Source: Candidatus Jordarchaeia archaeon (GTDB lineage: Archaea; Asgardarchaeota; Jordiarchaeia; Jordiarchaeales; Jordiarchaeaceae). From it: a stretch of 59,898 nucleotides of DNA. Under the pieces are notes generated by a model. The model was not told where the DNA came from. It made no database searches and saw nothing but the letters and a program-made list of their open reading frames with translations. Numbering within the stretch: the first letter of the stretch is position 1; every line of letters begins with the position of its first letter. A program made the translations under genes and the position numbers. Positions 9,468 to 19,414 of the stretch are shown here, piece by piece. Location: positions 1 through 59,898 of the forward strand of contig JAHQXB010000155.1 of assembly GCA_029856435.1 (NCBI GenBank). The letters are read 5' to 3'.

Positions 9468-10895
9468 TTATTTGATAATTTTCCAGATTGTGCCGTCTTT
9501 GGAGTCTTCTAAAAGAATCCCTGCCTCTTTTAATTTATCACGTATATAATCCGCCTTCTCCCAATTTTTCTCTTTTCTAAACTTGTTTCTCAGATCGATT
9601 AAGATTTCCACCAACTTTGCCACGGTTTCTAGGTTGGCCCCCGCTTTTTCTTGCTGAAACAGACCCAAAATTTCTCCAAATTCTTGGTATACCTGCAAGG
9701 CTTTTTCCAAAGCTTTCCTACTTAATTTGCTATCAGTCGGTAGGGAGTTTATGATTCGGCTCAGGTCGAATATGGCAGGCATTGCTTCCCTCGTGTTAAA
9801 ATCGTCGTCCATAGCTTCCATAAATTTTTGTTTAGATTTCTCCACATGTTCTAGAAATTCACTCTCCTCGGGGGTAGATTCTTTTAATTCTCCCCAGCTT
9901 TGGTCGCTAATAAGAGTTTTAAGCTTGTTAATCGCGTTATAAATTTTTTGAAGGGATTGTTTCGCTTCCTCCAGATGCTGATCGCTGTAATCGATTTGGC
10001 TGCGGTAATGCGTATTCAATAGGAAGAACCTTAATGTTTCTGGGTTGTATTTCTCCAAGACTTCCCTGATTGTGAAAAAGTTCCCCAGAGATTTAGACAT
10101 CTTTTCCTGATTTATGGTAACGAAACCGTTGTGTATCCAATACTTTACAAACGGCTTTCCAGTGCGTGACTCTGCTTGGGCAATTTCACACTCATGATGA
10201 GGAAAGATTAGATCCATGCCTCCACCATGAATATCTATTTCTGGACCGAGATACTTAATCGCCATAGTGGAGCACTCAATATGCCACCCTGGTCTTCCTT
10301 TTCCCCAAGGACTTTCCCAGAAAATTTCCCCCTTCTTAGCTTTTTTCCAGAGGGCGAAGTCCCTTGGATCTCTTTTGTTTTCGTCCACCTCCACTCTTGC
10401 ACCAGCTAAGATGCCATCCATGGATTGATGTGACAATTTACCATAGTCCTTTGCCTTTGATACGCTGAAATAGACGTTTCCATCCACTTCATAGGCGTAC
10501 CCCTTTTTTATAAGTTCATCAATGAACTCGATTATTTCTGGGATGTGTTCTGTAACCTTTGGGTGTACATTAGCCCTTCTAACATTTAGCCTGTCCATGT
10601 CTTCAAAGTAGGCTTGAGTGAACCTCCTAGATAGGGAGAGAGGATTTTCGCCCAATTCGTTTGCTCTTTTTATAATCTTGTCGTCAACATCTGTAATATT
10701 TTGAACATAAATGACCGTGTATCCTTTATATTCTAGGTACCTCCTTATCACATCAAAAGCTATGTAGGAACGGGCGTGTCCAATATGACTGTAATCATAA
10801 ACTGTTGGTCCACAAACATACATTCCTACCCTATTTCCACGAATTGGAACAAAATCTTCCTTTTCCTTAGTCAGTGTGTTATATACTTTAAGCAA
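9468..10895 (-). CDS. cysS: Cysteinyl-tRNA synthetase
   Basis: YVCGPTVY, HIGH, GRPGWHIECS, FPHHE, KMSKS. Confidence 0.98.
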   Translation of the reverse strand: MLKVYNTLTKEKEDFVPIRGNRVGMYVCGPTVYDYSHIGHARSYIAFDVIRRYLEYKGYTVIYVQNITDVDDKIIKRANELGENPLSLSRRFTQAYFEDMDRLNVRRANVHPKVTEHIPEIIEFIDELIKKGYAYEVDGNVYFSVSKAKDYGKLSHQSMDGILAGARVEVDENKRDPRDFALWKKAKKGEIFWESPWGKGRPGWHIECSTMAIKYLGPEIDIHGGGMDLIFPHHECEIAQAESRTGKPFVKYWIHNGFVTINQEKMSKSLGNFFTIREVLEKYNPETLRFFLLNTHYRSQIDYSDQHLEEAKQSLQKIYNAINKLKTLISDQSWGELKESTPEESEFLEHVEKSKQKFMEAMDDDFNTREAMPAIFDLSRIINSLPTDSKLSRKALEKALQVYQEFGEILGLFQQEKAGANLETVAKLVEILIDLRNKFRKEKNWEKADYIRDKLKEAGILLEDSKDGTIWKIIK

Positions 10896-11079
10896 GCCTT
10901 TACCCTCTAAAACAATTTTTTGGGATATTTGAGCTTTTGTTTCGTGAAGGTTGTAGCCATAGTAAGAAGGAGTTTACAGACCGGCTGAGGAAACATTTTA
11001 AACTGTCCTTTTTATTTTTATTTCATGATTTTCAGAATAAACCTACTAAATAGTTAAATTTTATAATTATTAATTGGCG

Positions 11080-11796
11080 CTAAATGCAATCCAACAGAAA
11101 TTCACTCAAATCCTTAGTTTTTAGCCCGGAACCATACGAATTTGCAGCATCATTTAGATTGCGGGTGCAAAATGGACAAGCGGTTATTATTAAGTCTACT
11201 CCTAACTGCTCTGCGTCTCTGAGTCTCTCTCTTCCCAGCTTTATGGCTGTTTCTGGAAAGGCTGCCTTTACGCCGCCGCCAGCTCCACAACAACGGCTTC
11301 CTTCTCCGCTGCGTTTCATTTCCACGAGTTGCACATTTTTTATGGATTTAATTATGTTGCGCGGGGGGTCATAAATTCCTAGTCCCCTTCCCAGATGGCA
11401 TGGGTCATGGTAGGTTACCTTTATGGGGTATTTGTGTGAAAAATTTAGATTATTTTTCTTAATTATCCCATCAAGATATTCGGTGAGGTGGAGGGTTTTA
11501 ATTTGAAAATCCAAGTGCTCAGGGTACACCTTTCTGAAGGTTTTTGCACAACCGGCGCACTCAGTTATTAGGGTTTCTATTCTTAGATCTGCGAATTGTT
11601 TTCTGTTCTTCTCAGCAAGTTTGACTCCTTCATCTATTAGGCCAGTGTTGAAAAGAATTGAACCGCAACAGATTTCGTTACCGCCAATAATTTTGAAGTC
11701 AACTCCCAATCTCTTTAAAATTTTGACTGTGGAACGAGCAATGTTCTGTAATCTGTAGGCTGCTGTGCATCCTGCGTAATAAGCTAATCCAGTCAT
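11080..11796 (-). CDS. GlcF/HdrD-like Fe-S oxidoreductase, C-terminal CCG-domain part
   Basis: YYAGC, ICCGS, CAGC, YHDPCHLGR, CCGAGGG, ACPFC. Confidence 0.88.
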   Translation of the reverse strand: MTGLAYYAGCTAAYRLQNIARSTVKILKRLGVDFKIIGGNEICCGSILFNTGLIDEGVKLAEKNRKQFADLRIETLITECAGCAKTFRKVYPEHLDFQIKTLHLTEYLDGIIKKNNLNFSHKYPIKVTYHDPCHLGRGLGIYDPPRNIIKSIKNVQLVEMKRSGEGSRCCGAGGGVKAAFPETAIKLGRERLRDAEQLGVDLIITACPFCTRNLNDAANSYGSGLKTKDLSEFLLDCI

Positions 11797-12200
11797 TTAT
11801 CTTCATCTCTAAGCCAAGAACCTCTTTTTGCTCTGGGCTCCCCGTAAGGATTACCTTCTCTAATAATGTTCTCCATTATTTTTTTGAGAGAATCAGGACT
11901 GTAACCCTCACCGCATAATACGCTTCTCATAGCTCTAACTATGTCTGTTATGCGGATACCTGAGGGGCATAGGATGAAACAGTGGTCACAAGTAGTACAA
12001 CTAAAAATTCTTTCCGCAATGTAATTGGATAATTCCAATTTTTTTTCTAAAAATCCACGGGCAAGTTGAATTCTTCCCCTAGCAGCATTTGAAGCCCACC
12101 CATAATTTTCGTATACTGGACACCTCGCAATGCAGAATCCACACCGCATACAACTGTAAATATCATCTATGTACTCATATAGTTGCTTTTTGGGGGCCAC
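11793..12200 (-). CDS. GlcF/HdrD-like Fe-S oxidoreductase, N-terminal 4Fe-4S dicluster part
   Basis: CMRCGFCIARCP and CTTCDHCFILCPSG motifs, NPYGE. Confidence 0.88.
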   Translation of the reverse strand: MAPKKQLYEYIDDIYSCMRCGFCIARCPVYENYGWASNAARGRIQLARGFLEKKLELSNYIAERIFSCTTCDHCFILCPSGIRITDIVRAMRSVLCGEGYSPDSLKKIMENIIREGNPYGEPRAKRGSWLRDEDK

Positions 12201-13610
12201 TTAAATCACCTCAGGTTCACCTGTTGAGCCCCAGGGCTTTCCCTTTCCAGGGTTTAGAATATTGTTGGGATCAAAAATTCGTTTTATTCCCTTCATTAGC
12301 GCCATCTCTACCGGGCCGTGTTCCTTTTCCACAAAATCCTTCCTTATTAGACCCACCCCATGCTCCCCTGAAATACTTCCTCCCAAATCTAGAGCTACTT
12401 CGTTGTAAATGGCGCTTAGACCTTTGAAAAAGGCCTCTCTTTGTTCAGGGATTCGTTCATCATATAGGAAGGTAGGATGAAGATTCCCATCGCCTGCATG
12501 TCCAAATGTTGCAATCTGGATTATCTTACCAAATCTTTCGGGAATTCTCTGTATTCTTTTTAAAGCCTCTGGAATCTTTGATATGGGAACCGTCATATCT
12601 TCCATAGTTGTCGTTACAGCGCACCTAGCCAGTGCAGCATATGCGGATTTCCTTGCCAACCAAAGAGAAGCTCTCTCCCTCTCACCTTCTGCAATTTTCC
12701 AGTATTTGGGATTCATTTCTTCCACAGCTTTAACTATTATTTTCAGTTCTTTTTCGGCAGCAGATTCCACACCATCAGTCTCTATAAGAAGCATTGCCTC
12801 ACAGTCCATAATGTCCAAGCCGGCATATTCTGCAGAGGTTCTAACGGTGAGCCTATCCAAGAACTCCATAGCACATGGAACCACACCAGCTCCTCGGGCT
12901 TTTAAGATAGCTTTACCAGCTTTGTCTAAATCGCCAAATAGGAACATGGCCGTCCTATAGGCCTCTGGTAATGGTTGAACCCTCATTCCAATCTTGGTGA
13001 AGACTGCCAATGTTCCTTCAGAACCAGATAATAGTTTTGTTAGGTCATAGCCGGAAACTGATTTTAGAGTTTTCGACCCTGTGTGGATTACTTCGCCATT
13101 CGGAAGAACCGCCTCCAGCCACATTATCCAATCTTTGGTTTTACCGTATTTTATAGCCCTGTTGCCAGCGGAATTATTTGCTACCATTCCACCCAGAGTT
13201 GCGACTGAGCTGCTTGCTGGGTCCGGCGGAAAGAAGTATCCATATTTTTGTAAGAACTCGTTCAAATCGTCACATATTACCCCAGGTTCTAATACCACCT
13301 GTAAATTTTCCTGGTCAAAACTTAGAATTCTATTCATACGAGTAAGGTCAAGCACAATTCCGCCCTTAACTGGCAGCGGCGAGCCCGCAGCACTTGTACC
13401 TGAGCCCCTCGGATAAACAGGTACATGATTCAAGTTAGCTAATTTTAAAACCCTTGAAACCTCGTCAGTACTCAGGGGTCTAACTATAATATCTGCAAAG
13501 TGTTGAAAAGGTGTGGAGTCACGGGAGTAGCAGTAGATTTCCGCTGGGTCAGTGTTAACGTTGTCTGCGCCGACAATATCCACCAATTGGCGTACTATAC
13601 TAGATGTCAT
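12201..13610 (-). CDS. FAD-linked oxidase, GlcD/D-lactate dehydrogenase family
   Basis: PRGSGTS, FPPDPAS, GGMVANNSAG, GSEGTL, GHAGDGNLHP, GEHGVG, NILNPGK. Confidence 0.92.
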   Translation of the reverse strand: MTSSIVRQLVDIVGADNVNTDPAEIYCYSRDSTPFQHFADIIVRPLSTDEVSRVLKLANLNHVPVYPRGSGTSAAGSPLPVKGGIVLDLTRMNRILSFDQENLQVVLEPGVICDDLNEFLQKYGYFFPPDPASSSVATLGGMVANNSAGNRAIKYGKTKDWIMWLEAVLPNGEVIHTGSKTLKSVSGYDLTKLLSGSEGTLAVFTKIGMRVQPLPEAYRTAMFLFGDLDKAGKAILKARGAGVVPCAMEFLDRLTVRTSAEYAGLDIMDCEAMLLIETDGVESAAEKELKIIVKAVEEMNPKYWKIAEGERERASLWLARKSAYAALARCAVTTTMEDMTVPISKIPEALKRIQRIPERFGKIIQIATFGHAGDGNLHPTFLYDERIPEQREAFFKGLSAIYNEVALDLGGSISGEHGVGLIRKDFVEKEHGPVEMALMKGIKRIFDPNNILNPGKGKPWGSTGEPEVI

Positions 13611-13618
13611 AAATTCAC

Positions 13619-14803
13619 CTATTCTTGGAAAACATCCATGGCAGCCACTAGGCCTTCGCCAGGTTTTACTGGAAAACCTTCCTTTCTGAGTAGCCTATCC
13701 AAGGCTTCTAATACTAGAATCACGTTTCTCTCGCAGGCGTTCATTCCCATTAATCCTATTCTCCATATTTTTCCTTTAAGCTCTCCTAATCCTCCCCCTA
13801 TCTCTATGTTGAAAACATTTAGAAGAGCCTTTCTCACATTTATGTCAGAAACGCCCTCGGGAATTTTTACCGCTGTCAGAGAAGGTAGATTGTTTTCGGT
13901 GGCTAGTGTTTCGAGCCCCATAGCATTTAAGCCCTTTATCAGAGCTTTATTTGCCTTAAGATGTTGGGCCCACCTCTTCTCCAAGCCATCCTCGTAAATT
14001 ATTCGCAACGCTTCTCTTAGACCATAAATCATAGAAATGGGAGCTGTATGATGGTAAAATCTATCCGCCTCCCAGTACTTTTCTATCAAGTTGAGATCGA
14101 AATACCAGCTCTGAATCTTTCCCTCACGATCTCTAATGAATTCAACCACTCTCTCGTTAAGAGTAATGGGAGATAATCCGGGAGGACAATTTAGGCATTT
14201 TTGAGTCCCACTATAACTGATGTCTACACCATAATTATCGATTTCTAGTTCAACGCCTCCCAAAGATGTTACTGTGTCCACTAGGAGAAGTGCATCATAC
14301 TTTCTCGTCAGGTTGGAAATCTCTTTTAGGGGCTGTACAACGCCAGTTGAGGTTTCGGCGTGTACCAGAGCCACAACCCTAGCATTAGAGTCCGCTAAAG
14401 CTTTTTCCACACTCTCTGCACTTATAGCCCTACCCCAAGCTTCCTTAACTTCAATTGGGGTACCCCCACACCTTTTAACTATTTCACTCATCCTCTGACC
14501 AAAAAAGCCATTCACCCCCACAACAACCTCATCTCCTTTGCCCACTAGGTTAACTAAACATGTCTCCATTCCTGCGCTACCTGTACCGGAAATAGGTATG
14601 GTAAGCCTGTTTTTTGTTTTGAAAACATACCTCAGTAGTTCCGTCACCTCATCCATAACCTCAAAAAAATAAGGATCTAAATGACCTACCAAGGGCATAG
14701 ACATAGCCTTCAGCACTCTGGGATCAACATTACTAGGTCCGGGACCCAGTAGAATCCGTTGGGGGGGAGTCAACTCCTTATACTTCTTCTCCATAAAAAT
14801 CAA
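13619..14803 (-). CDS. Alanine-glyoxylate / serine-pyruvate aminotransferase (class V PLP)
   Basis: LLGPGPSNV, HAETSTG, DTVTSLGG, SGTQKCL, YHHTAP, WRIGLMG. Confidence 0.92.
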   Translation of the reverse strand: MIFMEKKYKELTPPQRILLGPGPSNVDPRVLKAMSMPLVGHLDPYFFEVMDEVTELLRYVFKTKNRLTIPISGTGSAGMETCLVNLVGKGDEVVVGVNGFFGQRMSEIVKRCGGTPIEVKEAWGRAISAESVEKALADSNARVVALVHAETSTGVVQPLKEISNLTRKYDALLLVDTVTSLGGVELEIDNYGVDISYSGTQKCLNCPPGLSPITLNERVVEFIRDREGKIQSWYFDLNLIEKYWEADRFYHHTAPISMIYGLREALRIIYEDGLEKRWAQHLKANKALIKGLNAMGLETLATENNLPSLTAVKIPEGVSDINVRKALLNVFNIEIGGGLGELKGKIWRIGLMGMNACERNVILVLEALDRLLRKEGFPVKPGEGLVAAMDVFQE

Positions 14804-14915
14804 CCTTCCATCTCAGACTTCTAAATTATGATTCATATAAAAACAATTTGGTTGATTAACATATTGCTTGAATCAAAAGGATTAAAAATAAAGGAAATCA
14901 CTTTATTGCCAAATA

Positions 14916-15743
14916 CTATTTTCCAAATCTTCTTTCTCTCATTTGATAAGTTCTAAGAGCCCGCCAAAAGTCTATTTTTCTCATAGCTGGCCAGTAAACA
15001 TCACAAAAATACAGTTCAGAGTAAGCGGATTGCCATAGTAGAAAACCCGAGAGTCTTTCCTCACCCGAAGTGCGTATGATAAGTGAGGGATCAGGAACCC
15101 CTGCCGTGTAAAGGTGTTTTTCAATCAATTGTTCATCAATGTCTTTGACATCGATTTTTCCAGCCTTAACTTCCTCGGCGATTTTTCGGATAGCGTCAAC
15201 TATTTCTGCGCGGCCACCATATCCAATAGCTATGTTGAGCAAGTACTGATCATAATCCTTTGTCGCCTCTTCGGCTCTCCTAATAGCTTCCTGTACTCTG
15301 GGGGGCAGAAGATTTATTCTACCTATCGCCTTAATCCTTACCTTGTACTTGTGTATTCGTGCCTCCTTCAGGATTTGTTCGAATTTTTCCTCGGCAAGAC
15401 GCATAATCTCATCCACTTCCCTGCGGGAACGCTGAAAATTCTCCGTAGAGAAAGCGTAGAGTGTAACAACTTTTATGTTAGACTCCCAGCACCATTCTAA
15501 AAAGTCCCTTACCTTCTCTGCACCATATTTGTGCCCAACCCATACATCCCAACCATGTTGCCTTGCGAATCTCCTATTACCATCTAGAATAACCCCCAAG
15601 TGGTGTGGCATGTTCCCATCTTTGATTTGGCGCCACAGAATCTTTTCATATACACTAGAGAGAATTCCCCGAACTTTATCAATGAATGATAAAGGTAAGC
15701 GAGATACCGGAATATACCTAAATAGACGTTGCATTAAAAACAC
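14916..15743 (-). CDS. uppS: cis-prenyltransferase (undecaprenyl diphosphate synthase family)
   Basis: ILDGNRRFA, YAFSTENF, IRTSGEERLSGFLLWQ, RRFG. The likely start is the ATG at 15734. Confidence 0.95.
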   Translation of the reverse strand: MFLMQRLFRYIPVSRLPLSFIDKVRGILSSVYEKILWRQIKDGNMPHHLGVILDGNRRFARQHGWDVWVGHKYGAEKVRDFLEWCWESNIKVVTLYAFSTENFQRSRREVDEIMRLAEEKFEQILKEARIHKYKVRIKAIGRINLLPPRVQEAIRRAEEATKDYDQYLLNIAIGYGGRAEIVDAIRKIAEEVKAGKIDVKDIDEQLIEKHLYTAGVPDPSLIIRTSGEERLSGFLLWQSAYSELYFCDVYWPAMRKIDFWRALRTYQMRERRFGK

Positions 15744-16155
15744 CCGAAATAACTTCTAATTATCACTTCCTCAGAACCATGGCAAACCTACAACGCCAAA
15801 AGTGTTCTAGATAAACAAGAAATTTTTACAACAACATAATCGAGTTTATATTAAAATTTATGGAGAGATAATAAATCTTTTTGGGTTGAGGAAACAAACG
15901 AAAAATCGAGCCCGTCAATTATGCATTAGCCTTTGAGTTGTAAGATAAATTCAAGTTAATCTAGTTGACTTTAACTAAAAAGCGCCTAACTGGCTTGGTT
16001 CTGATACCGACACCACTAAAAGTAGCAAAGGGGGTCAGCTTCCTCCTACAAAGGTAGAAAAGGGTAAGGTAATAGAAAAGCGAAGGAAATTATCGAAAAT
16101 GGTCAAAAACGAATATTTTTGATCCATATAAGGGCGCTAATATTTTTCCGTGGAA

Positions 16156-17220
16156 TTAATGTAGAGATCGGGGACTGCTCGTTAGTAATTCGTATCCTCT
16201 CTTACGGACTAAAATCATGTCCTCTATCCTGCATCCTCCAAAATTTGGGAGGTACACTCCGGGCTCGGCTGTAAAAACCATTCCCGCATCTATAATGTCT
16301 GTACTGCTGGAACTAATAGACGGATGTTCATGTACTTCGATTCCGATTCCGTGACCAAAACTATGGATAAAAAAGTCACCATAGCCCTCCCTTTTTATCA
16401 GCTCACGAGCTACTTTATCAATCTCATTACCCTTCACGCCGGGACGAATAATCCCTATTGCCTTCTGCTGGGCGCTTAAAACCGTTTGAAAAAGTTTTTC
16501 CTGCTCCGAATTCGGGGAGCCAACCGTACACGTCCTAGTTATATCTGAACAATAATTTTTGTAACGAACCCCTAAATCAATTACCACCAAATCGCCTTTC
16601 ACCAGTTTCCTACCACTAGTCGAGGCGTGTGGGAAAGCAGACCTGTAACCGGAAGCCACTATGGTTTCGAACGAAGTCCCGCCTGACCCCCTCTTCCTCA
16701 TAACATACTCTGCCTCCGCAGCCACATCATATTCCCTAACACCGGGAGCTATGGTTTCTATAGCCTTTTTCATACCCTCATCAGCGATTTTTGCCGCTTT
16801 CCGAATTTTCTCAATCTCACTCCTTGATTTAATGGATCTAATTTTCTTTATGATGTTGGAGGCAGGAATAAAATTTAGACCATCACTACTTTTCTCCAGT
16901 CTCTCTTTAACACTCACCGTTAAAAAATCCTCCTCAAAGCCCAATTTTTTAATTTTCAAATCTTTTTGGAGCTTTGAAAAACATTTATCAAAATCTTCCT
17001 GGCTTTTAGCCTCAATAATGGAAAAACCCTTCAACTCGTTTTTCGCAGCCCAAAGATCCAGCTGGGAAACTACAGCTAGAGGAACACCATCCCGAGGTAT
17101 AACTAGGTACATAAATGAGCTAGAAAAAAAATTTGAGAAATAGAAAATATTCTCTGGCTTAAACAAAATCAACGCATCAACTTCTCCAAGCATACCCCAC
17201 AACTTCTTTAACATATTCAC
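16156..17220 (-). CDS. Xaa-Pro peptidase (M24B family)
   Basis: DLG, SDITRT, HSFGHGIGIEVHE, EPGVY, RIED. Confidence 0.93.
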   Translation of the reverse strand: MNMLKKLWGMLGEVDALILFKPENIFYFSNFFSSSFMYLVIPRDGVPLAVVSQLDLWAAKNELKGFSIIEAKSQEDFDKCFSKLQKDLKIKKLGFEEDFLTVSVKERLEKSSDGLNFIPASNIIKKIRSIKSRSEIEKIRKAAKIADEGMKKAIETIAPGVREYDVAAEAEYVMRKRGSGGTSFETIVASGYRSAFPHASTSGRKLVKGDLVVIDLGVRYKNYCSDITRTCTVGSPNSEQEKLFQTVLSAQQKAIGIIRPGVKGNEIDKVARELIKREGYGDFFIHSFGHGIGIEVHEHPSISSSSTDIIDAGMVFTAEPGVYLPNFGGCRIEDMILVRKRGYELLTSSPRSLH

Positions 17221-17312
17221 ATGTCTTCCTCCGATACATCTTTAAACAGCCACATAAAAATTTTATTAACACCCACATTAATGTTAATGCTAATTCTAAT
17301 CTAGGTGATTTA

Positions 17313-17864
17313 ATGAACATTATTGCTGTAGGCTCAGAAAACCCAGTTAAAATTGCAGCAGTAAAAAATGTAATGCAAAAACTACTAGGAGACGTGAAAA
17401 TCTGTGGCGTCAAAGTTCCAAGCGGAACACCACCCCAACCCCTAGGACTCAAACAAACCTTAGAAGGCGCACTTAACAGAGCCCAAAACGCTCTAGCCAA
17501 AGTAGATGGCGCCATTCTCGGCGTAGGCATCGAAGCAGGACTAATAGACATCAGACTGAACGGCGAGCTACATTACCTCGACTTCCAGTACTGCGCAATT
17601 TTAGACAAAGAAGGAAGAAAAACATTCGGAGCCGGCCCAGGGTTCGAATATCCCCCAATTGTTAATCAAAAGGTTATAAAACAAAATTTTGAAGTAGGAG
17701 AAGTAATGGAAGAGATAACAGGCATAAAAAACTTGGGCGAAAAAATGGGCGCCATAGGCTACCTGTCCCATGGACTAATTGATCGAACCAAACTAACCGA
17801 ACTCTCAGTCATAATGGCCATGCTACCAAGAATAAACACAGAACTATACTCAAAGGAGCCATAA
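17313..17864 (+). CDS. Non-canonical purine NTP phosphatase (inosine/xanthosine triphosphatase, YjjX/DUF84 family)
   Basis: VGSENPVKI, QPLG, GALNRA, GVGIEAG, GAIGYLS. Confidence 0.9.
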   Translation: MNIIAVGSENPVKIAAVKNVMQKLLGDVKICGVKVPSGTPPQPLGLKQTLEGALNRAQNALAKVDGAILGVGIEAGLIDIRLNGELHYLDFQYCAILDKEGRKTFGAGPGFEYPPIVNQKVIKQNFEVGEVMEEITGIKNLGEKMGAIGYLSHGLIDRTKLTELSVIMAMLPRINTELYSKEP

Positions 17865-18307
17865 CCATTCCCACATAAGAAAACACTTCCAAAGCACTAC
17901 AATGAAGACCCCAGAGTTCTCAGTGTTCTCCTTATATCGTTGAGCTTGCAAGAGCAATACGCCCAAACGGCCGAGACTCAGTTTCCAGCTTACTAATTTT
18001 CGTCGACTTTTTAAACCCTAAAAGGATTCTCCTAATAACACATCTTTAAGACGAAAGAAAAACTCGGTTACAAAGCAACCTGAATTGACACAACCCAACT
18101 AAGGAGAATACTGCAAATTGTTAACTTCATCAAGTTACATACTAAAGACAATACCAGAGTAATGCAATTGCTACTTGTATAATTCAAACATGAGGATTAA
18201 GGAAAAAGGTGAGTACAAAACTAAACCAGTTCAAAATCGACAAGGTAATTAGTCTTTTAGAGGTGAAAAATTCAAGATTTTTATTAACCAATAGAAAATT
18301 TGGAAAA

Positions 18308-18673
18308 CTATATTAGTTCAGCTATCTTTTGAGCAGACCTACGCATATCCAAAAAAATCAAACCCAACTTAACATCCTTCTTAGCACTTACAGTCAATAC
18401 GGCATTAGGACCCGCACCCATCACAAAAATGTACCCCTCATTTCCACGTATGAAAACCTGCTCCAATTCTCCTTTCCCAAGTTCTTGGGCAGCCCGCTCA
18501 CCAAGGCTTAGCATAGCAGCAGTCATTGCTGCTACACGTGTTTCATCAACATTAGCAGGCAGCGCCGAGGCTATGGGAAGCCCCTCAACACTCACTATCG
18601 CTGCCGCTTCAATTTCAGGCACCGACGCTTCCAAGTCCTTTAGTATTTCTTCCAGATTTTCGCTCTTGGACAT
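18308..18673 (-). CDS. Roadblock/LC7 domain protein
   Basis: AAAIVSVEGLPIASAL, VAAMTAAMLSLGER, GELEQVFIRG, KLGLIFLD. Confidence 0.92.
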   Translation of the reverse strand: MSKSENLEEILKDLEASVPEIEAAAIVSVEGLPIASALPANVDETRVAAMTAAMLSLGERAAQELGKGELEQVFIRGNEGYIFVMGAGPNAVLTVSAKKDVKLGLIFLDMRRSAQKIAELI

Positions 18674-18785
18674 TACTCACTTCACCAATGCCCTGTTTAA
18701 GCCTACTTACTTTTAAGATAAAGATTAAACTTATATTTTTTCCTCTACTCTCTGAGCGACAAGAAAATAAAATTATGAGCTATTT

Positions 18786-19379
18786 TTAAGCGGATTTAGG
18801 CATTAACTCCTGCTTATATAGCCTCTTCAAAAGAACTTCTCTGGAGAGCGCCTGAAACGCCCGCTTTACACCCAGTCCCTTAATCGCAATAGACTCATAG
18901 ACAGGCAACGAATCAGCTTTAAGAGCCTCAACCAGAACATTTTTCTCCAACGCATCCGGCAAATCACGCTTATTAAGTAAAATCAGTAAAGGGATCTCCC
19001 TGCCGAGCTGGTCTCCAAGAAGTCCCTTCAGTTCCTCTAAGCTCTCCAAATTGGCCTGCAACTGATCCCTCGAAGAATCAGCCACAAAAATAAGCCCATC
19101 AGCACCCTGAAGCACAATTTTCCTCTGATGCCTATGGCGCTTCTGACCAGCCACTGTGTACACATCGAAAATAACTTTACCCGTCGCAGATATCGGAGTA
19201 TAGTCAAAGTACAGCGTTCTACCGGTGGGATCCTCAACAGAGGTAAAACCACCCTTGTCCAGACCAGTTACCTCATCATAAATCCACCTAAGACAGGTAG
19301 TCTTCCCAGAAAGGGAAGGGCCCCAAAAAACTATTTTGAAATGTATCCTACCTTGAGCATCTTTTTTCAAAGGCAGCAC
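18786..19379 (-). CDS. MglA/Arf-like small GTPase
   Basis: KIVFWGPSLSGKTT (G1), RTLYFD (G2), MglA-type G3 TVAGQ, NKRD (G4), SIAIKG. Confidence 0.92.
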   Translation of the reverse strand: MLPLKKDAQGRIHFKIVFWGPSLSGKTTCLRWIYDEVTGLDKGGFTSVEDPTGRTLYFDYTPISATGKVIFDVYTVAGQKRHRHQRKIVLQGADGLIFVADSSRDQLQANLESLEELKGLLGDQLGREIPLLILLNKRDLPDALEKNVLVEALKADSLPVYESIAIKGLGVKRAFQALSREVLLKRLYKQELMPKSA

Positions 19380-19414
19380 ACGTCCTACTCAATTTTAATA
19401 AGGAAAATGTTAAG

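Noticed and set aside
17637-17660. GGTTCGAAT resembling a tRNA T-loop
   Set aside because: Lies inside the yjjX-like CDS with no cloverleaf context.
17865-18307. Possible decayed winged-helix gene
   Set aside because: Only short stop-interrupted fragments with no recognisable motif.
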